From the NCBI GenBank assembly GCA_041489375.1, contig JBGPRA010000002.1, positions 1 to 39,144 on the forward strand: a stretch of 39,144 bases of DNA. The letters run 5' to 3'. A program made the translations under genes and the position numbers. The notes under the pieces are model-generated. The model saw only the letters and a list, made by a program, of their open reading frames with translations. It had not been told where the DNA came from and made no database searches. This document shows positions 1-8,380 of the stretch, piece by piece; position 1 is the first letter of the stretch; each line of letters opens with the position of its first letter. The stretch comes from Candidatus Bathyarchaeia archaeon (GTDB taxonomy: Archaea; Thermoproteota; Bathyarchaeia; TCS64).

Positions 1-219
1 CGGGATGTCTGATCCGAGGCTGAAAGCTAGCTGCGCGAATGATGCAGCGAGTCCGCTGAGTAGGTAGAAGAATATGAAGTTGGTGTGTCCGAAGCGATCT
101 TCCACATTGTCTCCGAATATCCACAGGTAGAGCGGCGCGCGCGCGTTGATGGCAATTATGCCGTAGGATACGAGTGGAACGGTTTTACTGGAACTGTTAT
201 CGTCGCCTATTGGGATCAT
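1..219 (-). pseudogene. Rhomboid-family intramembrane protease; runs off the window edge and appears internally deleted
   Basis: Hand translation from ATG 219-217 gives MIPIGDDNSSSKTVPLVSYGIIAINARAPLYLWIFGDNVEDRFGHTNFIFFYLLSGLAASFAQLAF. LWIFGDNVEDRxGH and YLLSGLAA are rhomboid-type motifs. The ~50-60 aa normally between the N-terminal ..AIN segment and LWIFG are absent. The junction is the (GC)n run 135-145, coding ARAP. It is absent from the ORF track because there is no stop in the window. Confidence 0.5.
135..145. repeat. Pure CpG-alternating tract gcgcgcgcgcg at the rhomboid deletion junction
   Basis: Read directly: agcgGCGCGCGCGCGttg. Confidence 0.9.
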
Positions 220-365
220 GAGCTATTTCTATCTTCATGGTTGTGACGACAATATTTAAGTTTACAGGCTAATCTACGTGCATGATTGATCTATATCACC
301 GATTCATAATGTTATAATAATTTGACAGATTTTGGTAAGATGAAATTACGCTCTGAGGGTTATCT

Positions 366-1928
366 TTGTTATCGGTGCTCTACCAATTCCTTGAGAACTC
401 CCCTGAATCCGTTACAATGGTCCTAAACGGTAAGTATTACTATGTGAATCAGAGTGCATCAGAGCTCCTAGGTTATCATGCCCCTGATGAGGTGCTTGGG
501 AGGGAACCCTCCGATTTCATCGCCTCCTCGGATAAGACGTGGGTTATGGGTATACTAAATGGCCTGGCTAAGGGTGAGACTCATCCACTTCGCTATGAGT
601 TCAAAATGAGGAGGGTTGACGAAACTGAGGTAGAGGTTGAGACCTATCTTAAGATCATCTATGTGGGTGAGAATCTTGCAACCCTCGCGTTTACGAGAGA
701 TATTTCCCAAAGGAAGATGTATGAGAGGAGACTTGAAGCCCTACATAATATTTCCAGGGATCTCGGCAAGGCTAAGAGCCTTCAAGAAATTATGGAGATT
801 ACTCTAGTAACGATTTCAGGCCTGCTAGGTTTCCGTTGGTGTGGGATCGGCTTCGTTGAGGGTGATGGGCTACATTACAGCTTACATATAGGGGATAAGA
901 GCTTCGGAGGAGGCTTATTTCAACTCAATAGCCCAAGTGTAACCTTGCGAGCGATGAAGACGGGCCAGGCTCAGCTTGTGAAGGATACGAGACTCGATCC
1001 CGATTATCAACATACACCGAATAGCCCCTCTAAAGAGATGTTATCGGAATTAACGGTGCCAATCACAATAGATGGGGTTGTTGAAGGCATCATCAACCTT
1101 GAGAGTGAGGAGCTTAACGCCTTTAATGAGAATGATCAGAAGCTTATCCAGACCCTGGCTTACCACGTCGCTTCAGCAATTATCAATATTCGTTCACGCG
1201 AAAACATAAGGAGGAACCTTGAGGAGCTCGAGCGCTCTAACAGGGATCTAGATGAGTACACATATGTTGTGTCTCATGATCTCAAGGCCCCGCTAAGGAC
1301 GATCAAGTCTTTCAGCACTTTTCTCTCAGAGGACTATGGGCATCTGCTGGATGACTCTGGCAAGGATTACTTGCTCAGAATAGCCTCCGCGGCAACTAAC
1401 ATGGATCATCTTATCGAGGATCTTCTACTCCTTTCGAGGGTGGGAAGGAAGTTTACAGAGAATGAGGAGGTTAATCTTAACGAGGTTCTCGAGGAAATCA
1501 AGTCCGATCAGGCCGCCATGTTAGCTGAGAGGAATTGTAGGGTAATCGTAGGAGAGCTCCCCTCAATAAGGATCCAGAGGATATGGGCGAAACAGATCTT
1601 CGCCAACTTGATGAATAACGGGTTGAAGTTCAACGAGTCTCAGAGCCCAACGGTTGAGGTTTCCTGTATAAATGAAGCTGATAGATATGTCTTCGCTGTC
1701 AAAGATAATGGGATCGGGATTGACGAGAAGTATCACTCAAAGCTCTTCAAAATATTTGAGAGGCTCGACGCTGGGGGAAAGTTTGAGGGGACAGGAGCTG
1801 GGCTCGCAATTAGTAAGAAGATCGCTGAATACTTCGGCGGGGAGATCTGGGTGGAGAGTAAGCCGAGCGTTGGGAGCACATTCTTTTTTTCAGTCCCACA
1901 GAAGGCAGGTGAAACTAAGGAGGATTGA
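366..1928 (+). CDS. Sensor histidine kinase with PAS-like and GAF-like sensor domains
   Basis: 520-aa ORF. H-box SHDLKAPLRTI, N-box NLMNNGLKF, G1 DNGIGI, G2 GTGAGLAISKKI. N-terminal PAS-like segment (YVNQSASELLGY) followed by a GAF-like region. GAGGG lies ~8 nt upstream of TTG 366. Confidence 0.9.
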   Translation: MLSVLYQFLENSPESVTMVLNGKYYYVNQSASELLGYHAPDEVLGREPSDFIASSDKTWVMGILNGLAKGETHPLRYEFKMRRVDETEVEVETYLKIIYVGENLATLAFTRDISQRKMYERRLEALHNISRDLGKAKSLQEIMEITLVTISGLLGFRWCGIGFVEGDGLHYSLHIGDKSFGGGLFQLNSPSVTLRAMKTGQAQLVKDTRLDPDYQHTPNSPSKEMLSELTVPITIDGVVEGIINLESEELNAFNENDQKLIQTLAYHVASAIINIRSRENIRRNLEELERSNRDLDEYTYVVSHDLKAPLRTIKSFSTFLSEDYGHLLDDSGKDYLLRIASAATNMDHLIEDLLLLSRVGRKFTENEEVNLNEVLEEIKSDQAAMLAERNCRVIVGELPSIRIQRIWAKQIFANLMNNGLKFNESQSPTVEVSCINEADRYVFAVKDNGIGIDEKYHSKLFKIFERLDAGGKFEGTGAGLAISKKIAEYFGGEIWVESKPSVGSTFFFSVPQKAGETKED

Positions 1929-2383
1929 TTTTGTCTACAAGTAAAATTCAGCAGAACCAGGCAATATTATTAGTGGAAGACAACCCGGACGATGTCCTGA
2001 TAACCAAGAGGGCTCTTTCAAAGGGAAGGATAAGTAACGCCCTCTACGTGGTGAACAATGGCGAGGAAGCTATCAGGTTCCTAAGGAAGCAGGGTGATTA
2101 CAGGGGGGCATGTACCCCTGCTCTGGTCCTACTCGACCTAAACATGCCTAAGATGGATGGTTTCCAGGTACTCAAGGAGATTAAAAACGACGCGAAGCTG
2201 AAGAGCATCCCAATAATCGTCTTAACGACATCTGATAGGGACAGGGACATAGATGACGCCTATAAATATGGTTGCAATAGCTACATAGTAAAACCTGTCA
2301 GCTTTGAGAACTTCATTAAAACAGTTATTGAGATCAAGGATTACTGGCTGTGTCTATCGCGCGTCCCAGCTGATATAAGGTGA
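1925..2383 (+). CDS. Single-domain response regulator (CheY-like receiver)
   Basis: LLVEDNPDD, phospho-acceptor context LLDLNMPKMDG, conserved lysine context IVKP. The start overlaps the kinase stop by 4 nt. AAGGAGG SD at 1917-1923. Confidence 0.9.
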   Translation: MILSTSKIQQNQAILLVEDNPDDVLITKRALSKGRISNALYVVNNGEEAIRFLRKQGDYRGACTPALVLLDLNMPKMDGFQVLKEIKNDAKLKSIPIIVLTTSDRDRDIDDAYKYGCNSYIVKPVSFENFIKTVIEIKDYWLCLSRVPADIR

Positions 2384-2397
2384 AATGAGGTGCATGT

Positions 2398-3366
2398 ATG
2401 AATCTAAAAATATTGTACATCGAGGACAACGTTGATGATCAGGCCATTCTTCGCAGGTACTTCGAAAAAACTGGGCTTGACTTCGAGCTAGAGTACCAAA
2501 CGAATGGCCGTGAAGGTCTGAGAAGCTGCATCTCAGGAAAGCGTGACCTCATCTTCCTCGACTACAGACTCCCCGATATGACAGGTCTGCAGGTCCTCGA
2601 GGAGATTAAAAAAGAAAACGTCAAAACACCCGTTATCTTCGTCACAGGGCAGGGCAACGAGAAGACAGCTGTCGAAGCGTTAAAGCGAGGAGCCCTCGAC
2701 TACATAGTCAAGAGCGAGATAAACCCTGGAAAGATATTGGAGACCGTTAGAGAGCACGTATTCAAGATTCGCATGCCAGAAGATTTCCCTATCGAATTCA
2801 GCGCATACCTCTCCAACCTATTCAAGGATCATAGAGAGATTGTAGTTAAGCAGTCTAACGATTTACAATTATCACCCCCGTTCAAGTATCCCTTCGATTA
2901 CTCTGTAACTAATCTGAAGAAGCTATCCGATGCGAATGTGCTAACTAAAAAGATCGTACAAACCACGTTGGTGTGCCCCGCATGTCAATCTTATCAATAT
3001 GAAACCTTGATGAAGTGTTCTAAGTGTGGAGACATTCATCTTGTAAGGGGCGAGTCAGAGTTGGAGTTCGAACGTAACAAATCCTTGTACCAATGGTTTA
3101 GATGCAATAATGGTCACACCTCTAACTCTCCATCCTTAACTTACAAATGTATCAGATGCGGAAACGAATTCAACCTCTTGAACGCAAAAATCGATTATCT
3201 ATACAGTTACGCCCCCACAAGCGAGGGACTTGACTTACTTAACCTTAGCATACGCACAGCTACAAAGACGGATGCTAAGCCTATCGAGGAAGCACAGATT
3301 ACGGTTGAACCCCAGAAGACAGAGACTAAGCCTATCGAGGAAGCACAGAAGACAGCTGAGCCCTAG
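2398..3366 (+). CDS. Response regulator receiver fused to an uncharacterised Cys-rich (double zinc-ribbon-like) C-terminal domain with a repeat tail
   Basis: Receiver motifs YIEDNVDD, FLDYRLPDMTG and IVKS. C-terminal CPACQ..x..CSKCG and CNNGH..x..CIRCG. Tail DAKPIEEAQ.../TKPIEEAQ. GAGGTG SD upstream. Confidence 0.8.
   Translation: MNLKILYIEDNVDDQAILRRYFEKTGLDFELEYQTNGREGLRSCISGKRDLIFLDYRLPDMTGLQVLEEIKKENVKTPVIFVTGQGNEKTAVEALKRGALDYIVKSEINPGKILETVREHVFKIRMPEDFPIEFSAYLSNLFKDHREIVVKQSNDLQLSPPFKYPFDYSVTNLKKLSDANVLTKKIVQTTLVCPACQSYQYETLMKCSKCGDIHLVRGESELEFERNKSLYQWFRCNNGHTSNSPSLTYKCIRCGNEFNLLNAKIDYLYSYAPTSEGLDLLNLSIRTATKTDAKPIEEAQITVEPQKTETKPIEEAQKTAEP
3275..3349 (+). repeat. In-frame 51-bp-period direct repeat (24-nt identical core) in the receiver protein tail
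   Basis: ctaagcctatcgaggaagcacaga occurs at 3275-3298 and again at 3326-3349, coding (A/T)KPIEEAQ. Confidence 0.85.
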
Positions 3367-3395
3367 ATTCATCAAACCCATAAAGTTCGTTGAGC

Positions 3396-3406
3396 GTGCG
3401 ACGCAC
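3396..3406. repeat. GC palindrome GTGCGaCGCAC; a second one, CACGCctGCGTG, lies at 3484-3495
   Basis: Read directly in the 3367-3571 spacer. Member of the CG-palindrome class described in findings. Confidence 0.8.
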
Positions 3407-3530
3407 ACTAAGCTCAATAATGTAGGGAGAGGGTTTCAAACTACACAATAAAAGATGTTGAAAGCCGTAGCTGTCTTATTACACACGCCTGCGTGCATAT
3501 CTTCGTAACTTCTTATCTCGATATGGACCC

Positions 3531-3541
3531 TATTTTTAATA
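3531..3541 (+). promoter_or_regulatory. Candidate TATA box for the aminotransferase gene
   Basis: tatttttaata lies ~35 nt upstream of TTG 3572. Archaeal TATA-like composition only. Confidence 0.3.
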
Positions 3542-3571
3542 CCTTGAAGAGCATTGCCTCTGTGATACAGC

Positions 3572-4921
3572 TTGTCTAAGCAACCAGACGAGATCGTGGA
3601 TCAGGTTGTAAAGTACACTTATGGTACTTGGCGTTTCCAGAAGGGATGGAAGCCCCAGCACATAGTCGACGCAGAAGGTGTATACCTCACCGATGTTTCG
3701 GGGAAGAGGTACCTAGATTTCTCATCCCAGCTCATGTGCTCTAACCTGGGCCATAAGAACCAGGCGCTTATCAAAGCGATAGTTGAGCAGGCTAAGTTGA
3801 TGCCCTACATAAACCCCGCATACTCTACCGACATCCGGGCAAAGGCGAGTGAGGCTCTGGTTAAGGTTCTGCCTGCAGGGCTCGAGAAGATTTTCTACTC
3901 AACCTCAGGTACGGAGGCAAACGAGGCTGCCCTTAAGATCGCCAGGATGTACCAGAAGCCGAGGGGAGCTTACAAGGTGATTTCTCGCTACACCTCCTAC
4001 CATGGCTCAACCGCAGCAGCCATCGCATGCACAGGTGACCCCCGAAGGTGGTTCGCTGAGCCCAGCAGTAAGGTCGATGGCACAGTATTCGCCCCCGACT
4101 GCTATTGCTACAGATGCCCATTCAACCAAGAATACCCGGCCTGCGGTGTGACCTGCGCCGAGTACGTTGATTACATGCTCAGGAACGAGGGAAACGTTGC
4201 AGCAATCATTGTGGAGCCCGTCGTAGGCACAAACGGTGTACTCGTCCCGGTCAAGGAGTACCTACCCCGGCTCAAGCAGATCGCTGAGGAACACAACGTG
4301 ATCTTCATAGCCGATGAGGTGATGGCTGGCTGGGGAAGGACGGGCACTTGGTTCGCCGTTGATAATTGGGGAGTGAAGCCTGATATACTTGTCACAGCTA
4401 AGGGCGTCACCGGCGCCTATACGCCCCTCGGCATAACGGCTACCACCAAGAAGATCGCGGATTACTTCGAGGAGAACTACTTCGCCCATGGCCACACGTA
4501 TGAGGCGCATCCTCTCGCTATGGCGCCGGTTGTCCCCGCGATAAACGAGTACAAGCGTCTAAACGTCTTTGAGAACGCGAAGAAGCTTGGAGCCCACATG
4601 GGTAAGAGGCTAAACGAGCTTAAGCTTCGACACCCCTCAATCGGAGACGTGAGGGGCATAGGCCTGTTCTGGGCGGTCGAGATCGTGAAGAACAGGAAGA
4701 CGAAGAAGCCCTTCAACACGCGGATTGACAAGGTTCACGGCGTCCCACTGATAGTGGATAAGGTCGCCGCTGAGATGGGTAAGGGCGGTGTCATCTGTAA
4801 CACCTGGATAAGCCACTTTGTGATAGCTCCGCCGTTGATCGTGACTAAGGAGCAGGTTGACGTCGGCGTTGATGCGATGGATGAGGGGCTGAAGATTGCG
4901 GATAAGGAGGTTGAGGCGTAA
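3572..4921 (+). CDS. Class III (omega-type) pyridoxal-phosphate aminotransferase
   Basis: 449 aa. STSGTEANEAALKIAR, DEVMAGWGRTG and TAKG (PLP lysine context) are typical of the aspartate aminotransferase fold-type I class III family. Confidence 0.85.
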   Translation: MSKQPDEIVDQVVKYTYGTWRFQKGWKPQHIVDAEGVYLTDVSGKRYLDFSSQLMCSNLGHKNQALIKAIVEQAKLMPYINPAYSTDIRAKASEALVKVLPAGLEKIFYSTSGTEANEAALKIARMYQKPRGAYKVISRYTSYHGSTAAAIACTGDPRRWFAEPSSKVDGTVFAPDCYCYRCPFNQEYPACGVTCAEYVDYMLRNEGNVAAIIVEPVVGTNGVLVPVKEYLPRLKQIAEEHNVIFIADEVMAGWGRTGTWFAVDNWGVKPDILVTAKGVTGAYTPLGITATTKKIADYFEENYFAHGHTYEAHPLAMAPVVPAINEYKRLNVFENAKKLGAHMGKRLNELKLRHPSIGDVRGIGLFWAVEIVKNRKTKKPFNTRIDKVHGVPLIVDKVAAEMGKGGVICNTWISHFVIAPPLIVTKEQVDVGVDAMDEGLKIADKEVEA

Positions 4922-4949
4922 GCGCCTTACCCAATCCGAGCATGTAACC

Positions 4950-4967
4950 TTTTTTTTTAAAAAAAAA
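4950..4967. terminator. T9A9 perfect palindrome, possible bidirectional oligo-T terminator at the edge of the AT-rich islet
   Basis: cc-ttttttttt-aaaaaaaaa-tat lies 29 nt after the aminotransferase stop. Confidence 0.4.
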
Positions 4968-5084
4968 TATAGTTGGTAAGACATTAATTTTAAGCGCGCT
5001 TGGCGTGTTATTACGCGCGCAATAAAATATATGAAAATAAATTAGTAATGATATTAACTACATTGCTCCTCTTACAGGTATATT

Positions 5085-5882
5085 ATGTATAATATTGAAA
5101 ATTTTGTTAGATTAACAAGAATTAATGAGTATTTTAAAGTTTTACTATTACTTTTTCCTTTAATATTTATAATTTCTCCGCAAAATCTTTTATCATTCGT
5201 AACCATTGAAATCTTTTTATCCAATCTCCTCCTTACGGCATTTACATATACATTTAATGATGTAGAGGATGCGGAAGATGATTATTTTGATGCTAATAAG
5301 AGGAAAAGGAACCCAGTCACAAGCCAAGAATTAACAAAAAATCAAGGCTATTTTTTCAGCTTTATCCTTTTAGCCACTGGTTTACTTTTACTTTATTTAA
5401 TTAGTCCATTAATTTTTGTTGTTGGAATTATTTTTTCTTTTATAGGTTTCATTTATTCCTGGAAGCCAATAAGATTAAAATCTATTCCGATCATTGATCT
5501 TTTTTCACATGTACTTTTTTTGGGGGCTCTTCAATTCCTGACAACCTACATGACGTATAGAACAATTGAGTTACTTATTATTCCCTTTTTAATGATAATT
5601 ATTCCTTTTTCATTGATAAATCAACTCATGGGTGAATTAAATGATTTCAAGGTTGATAAAGAAACAAAAAACATCAACACCATTCAAAAATTTGAAAGGA
5701 TTAATATGAGAAAGATAATTATCTTTTGTGGTATGGTAATGTTCATTGGTTTTTCAACAATCTTTTTTACTGATCTATTAGAAAATAGACTAGTCAATCT
5801 TCCAATCACATTATTAATTGGCAGTATGGCGTTCTATAGACTGCGTTTTTTTTTGAATGACACCAAGAGATTTGACACTTAA
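5085..5882 (+). CDS. UbiA-family aromatic/isoprenoid prenyltransferase, polytopic membrane protein
   Basis: 265 aa and very hydrophobic. First Asp-rich motif NDVEDAEDD, second Asp-rich segment NDFKVDKE. Strongly AT-rich coding sequence. Confidence 0.7.
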   Translation: MYNIENFVRLTRINEYFKVLLLLFPLIFIISPQNLLSFVTIEIFLSNLLLTAFTYTFNDVEDAEDDYFDANKRKRNPVTSQELTKNQGYFFSFILLATGLLLLYLISPLIFVVGIIFSFIGFIYSWKPIRLKSIPIIDLFSHVLFLGALQFLTTYMTYRTIELLIIPFLMIIIPFSLINQLMGELNDFKVDKETKNINTIQKFERINMRKIIIFCGMVMFIGFSTIFFTDLLENRLVNLPITLLIGSMAFYRLRFFLNDTKRFDT

Positions 5883-5934
5883 TGTTTTTGTGTCCCTTTT
5901 CGCGCTAGCATAGCTTCTATTATATATTATACCG

Positions 5935-5945
5935 GCGCGCGTGTG
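5935..5945. repeat. CG/TG-alternating tract gcgcgcgtgtg followed by T8
   Basis: Read directly: accgGCGCGCGTGTGtttttttt, at the right edge of the AT-rich islet. Confidence 0.85.
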
Positions 5946-5988
5946 TTTTTTTTGAAGGATTAGGTTTCACAGTTTATGGTTCTTAAGT

Positions 5989-5999
5989 GTTATTTATGG
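5989..5999 (+). promoter_or_regulatory. Candidate TATA box for the 6028 gene
   Basis: gttatttatgg lies ~34 nt upstream of ATG 6028. Confidence 0.3.
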
Positions 6000-6027
6000 T
6001 AGCGGTGATCATCTAACCGGTTTTGTC

Positions 6028-7290
6028 ATGAGCAGGATCCTGCTAATCGGAGCGGGCGCGCAGGGTGGTCCCTGTGCCTCAATTCTCGCAAGAGATAAGG
6101 ATGTATCGGAGATAGTGCTGGGGGACATCAACCTTGAGTTGGCTAAAAAGGTCAGCAAGAAGATTGGGAGCGAAAAAATCACCGTCGAGAAGCTTGATGC
6201 ATCCAAGAATAAGGAAGTTGAAAGGTTAGCTAGAGGCGTGGACGCTGTGATTAACCTGACCCTCACGGCGTTCGACATGAACATCATGAAAGCTGCCTTG
6301 CAAAGCGGCGCACACTACATCGATACTTCATTCGGGGAACCTGACTTGATGGATATCCGCGCAAGAGACAACATTCTGAGCCAAATCATAGAGAAAAGGC
6401 CACTAGTTTACGACAGGGAGTATAAGGAGGCAGGTTTGACCGCGCTCCTGGGGTGTGGGGTCTCACCGGGAACAACCAACGTGATCACTAGGTACATCTG
6501 CGATAAGATGGATCGGGTGGAGGAGATTCGTATCCGTTATGGCGGGCGCGCCCTGGAGGAGTCAAGAGAAGTGGTGAAGGCGTGGACGCCCACCTGGTCG
6601 CCGTTCAGGGCTTTATGGGGATACTCGATCGAGCCCACGGTCTTTGAAGGTGGAGATTATAGGAAGTACCCGATCTTCTCAGGTCCCGAGGAGTACCCGT
6701 TCCCCGACCCCGTGGGGCCAGTGCTATTGAGTTACCACCAGCACCAGGAGCCAATATCTCTGCCGCACTTCATTGGGAAAGGTATCAGGTATTGCGACTT
6801 CAAGTACCCTGTTGATGCACTCGTGGGGGCCTTCGTAAAGATGGGGTTCGGAAGCCCCGAGCCGATTGACGTTAACGGGGTCAAGGTTGCGCCGAGGGAC
6901 GTGTTGTTGAAGCTTGTGCGCCCTCCTGTTAACTCATTCCTCGCCGAGGACGATGCGAGCATCAGAAAGCCGCTTGACAGATTGACCCTCATAGTTGTTG
7001 AGGTAAAAGGAACTATGTCAGGGAAACCCGCTACATATAGCGTGGTTTGTCCTAATTCATTCTATAGAACCACTGAGGAGAGGCTCTCCGTCTACGGCAG
7101 GCTTGGGACCGCTATAACCAGTGTTGCGTTGCCTGCGGTAATTGGGGCCAAGATGTGCATCAATGGAGGTGCTGATAAGGGCGTGATCTGTGCTGAGTGT
7201 CTTGACCCGGAAATGTTCTTTAAGATGGCGACGGAGATGGGCTCCCCTGTGAAAATCAATGAGGTGGTTACCAGAGAGGTCTCCTACTAA
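6028..7290 (+). CDS. Saccharopine dehydrogenase-like NAD(P)-binding oxidoreductase
   Basis: 420 aa. N-terminal Rossmann motif ILLIGAGAQGG. VINLTL...AALQSGAHYIDTS layout typical of the Sacchrp_dh N plus C domains. Confidence 0.75.
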   Translation: MSRILLIGAGAQGGPCASILARDKDVSEIVLGDINLELAKKVSKKIGSEKITVEKLDASKNKEVERLARGVDAVINLTLTAFDMNIMKAALQSGAHYIDTSFGEPDLMDIRARDNILSQIIEKRPLVYDREYKEAGLTALLGCGVSPGTTNVITRYICDKMDRVEEIRIRYGGRALEESREVVKAWTPTWSPFRALWGYSIEPTVFEGGDYRKYPIFSGPEEYPFPDPVGPVLLSYHQHQEPISLPHFIGKGIRYCDFKYPVDALVGAFVKMGFGSPEPIDVNGVKVAPRDVLLKLVRPPVNSFLAEDDASIRKPLDRLTLIVVEVKGTMSGKPATYSVVCPNSFYRTTEERLSVYGRLGTAITSVALPAVIGAKMCINGGADKGVICAECLDPEMFFKMATEMGSPVKINEVVTREVSY

Positions 7291-7339
7291 TCTATGAAAA
7301 ATATGATCAGAAAAAGGAATGGATAGCATGTACTCGTCG

Positions 7340-7349
7340 ACGCGCGCGT
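7340..7349. repeat. Perfect 10-bp CG palindrome ACGCGCGCGT between convergent genes
   Basis: Read directly: gtcgACGCGCGCGTatc. Confidence 0.9.
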
Positions 7350-7356
7350 ATCTTGT

Positions 7357-7779
7357 TTAAAATGGTATAAAGTTGGGGAAGGATACTCCGAAGATCTGGA
7401 TTAAAGACAGATCCAATAAGTAAAGCAAAAGCCACGATGCTATGACCATGCCCAGTGCTCCGAGCCGACCGCTGCTGAAGATTCTTCTGTAGACTATTAT
7501 CCACACTATGATTGCTAAGTCGAAGCCAAGGATAGTTGCTGCGATGCCTAGGAACGTATTTAATGATATTGCTATGATGTAGAAAGTCAAGAAGTAGACT
7601 ATTGTGCCTCCAAGTGTGGCGCCCATCGCGTCGCCGAAGCTCGCTAATGTACCCTTGATGAACTTTCCTGCGAAGTAGACTGGGGTTGAGATTGAGATCC
7701 AGAGAAATATCAACCCTGCGATGAAGATGATTATACCAGTCCACGTTGTCGGAAGCGTGGGGGAGATTGGCGGGGCCAA
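7357..7779 (-). CDS. Small integral membrane protein (about 4 TM helices), function unknown
   Basis: 140-aa ORF with four long hydrophobic stretches. Preferred over the overlapping 7307..7744 ORF, which is Arg/His-rich and not protein-like. TTG start. Confidence 0.5.
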   Translation of the reverse strand: MAPPISPTLPTTWTGIIIFIAGLIFLWISISTPVYFAGKFIKGTLASFGDAMGATLGGTIVYFLTFYIIAISLNTFLGIAATILGFDLAIIVWIIVYRRIFSSGRLGALGMVIASWLLLYLLDLSLIQIFGVSFPNFIPF

Positions 7780-7829
7780 TTTGGGTTCACGCTCACATGA
7801 TGTTCAATTTATGTGCATTCACATTTCTA

Positions 7830-7880
7830 TTTAGAATTGATAGTCGCTAAGTTCTAGAGTTTAGAACAGTGTTTAGAAAC
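7830..7880. promoter_or_regulatory. Cluster of TTTAGAA half-sites (three direct, one inverted)
   Basis: tTTTAGAAttg, GTTCTAGAG, GTTTAGAAC and GTTTAGAAAC all fall within 51 bp of the 290-bp spacer upstream of 8071. Confidence 0.3.
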
Positions 7881-8070
7881 TCGAGCACATATTCTCGAAT
7901 GCCGTGGCGGGTCGCGTGTATCCATAAGTTTTTAATAAATTCTCAGGTACGCGTTTTTCAGGTGAGCAAGTTTTATAGAATTACTTTAACGTTTTTTACC
8001 CATGTCCAGGAGCTTGACCGAGAGGAAAATCAAGTATCTAAACAAGCTAATTGTGAGAAACTAGGACAGC

Positions 8071-8304
8071 GTGAATTTTGAGCCGTTGGAAGTACCCACA
8101 TCTCCTAATGAGGAATTGATGCGGCTTAGACTGAGGAGAAAGGCCTACCGGATGTTACTTGATTTATTTAAGTTGGATAAAGCCGGTGTAATAAATTACG
8201 GGGACATTGAGGATTCGGTAGTCAATAATATTTTACTGTTGATGGGTGACGTGTATCTAAGCGAGGATCAGAGGCGGGAGAAACAGGTTTTACTGCTATC
8301 TTGA
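8071..8304 (+). CDS. Hypothetical small protein
   Basis: 77-aa ORF with a GTG start. No recognisable motif. Weak call. Confidence 0.3.
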   Translation: MNFEPLEVPTSPNEELMRLRLRRKAYRMLLDLFKLDKAGVINYGDIEDSVVNNILLLMGDVYLSEDQRREKQVLLLS

Positions 8305-8380
8305 ATTTTAGTCTGCTTGAATTGCCATTGTACGGATTACTAAGTCACGTGTTCTTTTTTATATAAAATCCGATCCCGTC

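Noticed and set aside
1672-1944. The 90-aa ORF overlapping the kinase 3' end, and the ORFs 3230..3451 (+) and 3235..3417 (-)
   Set aside because: They are out-of-frame overlaps with strongly supported genes and have no motifs of their own.
3933-4984. Antisense ORFs inside the aminotransferase gene (3933..4121, 4171..4410, 4262..4510, 4477..4731, 4637..4984)
   Set aside because: They lie entirely within or opposite a well-supported CDS and have Arg/Ser/Pro-rich, non-protein-like composition, typical of shadow ORFs in ~50% G+C DNA. The same reasoning applies to the shadow ORFs at 6009..6287, 6732..7329, 9367..10009, 14602..15190, 16410..17138, 17863..18300, 18421..19576, 20102..20545, 21000..21419, 23466..24327, 24720..25380, 27304..29351, 31027..31287, 34478..34706, 35332..35927, 36120..36478, 37576..38256 and 38677..39006.
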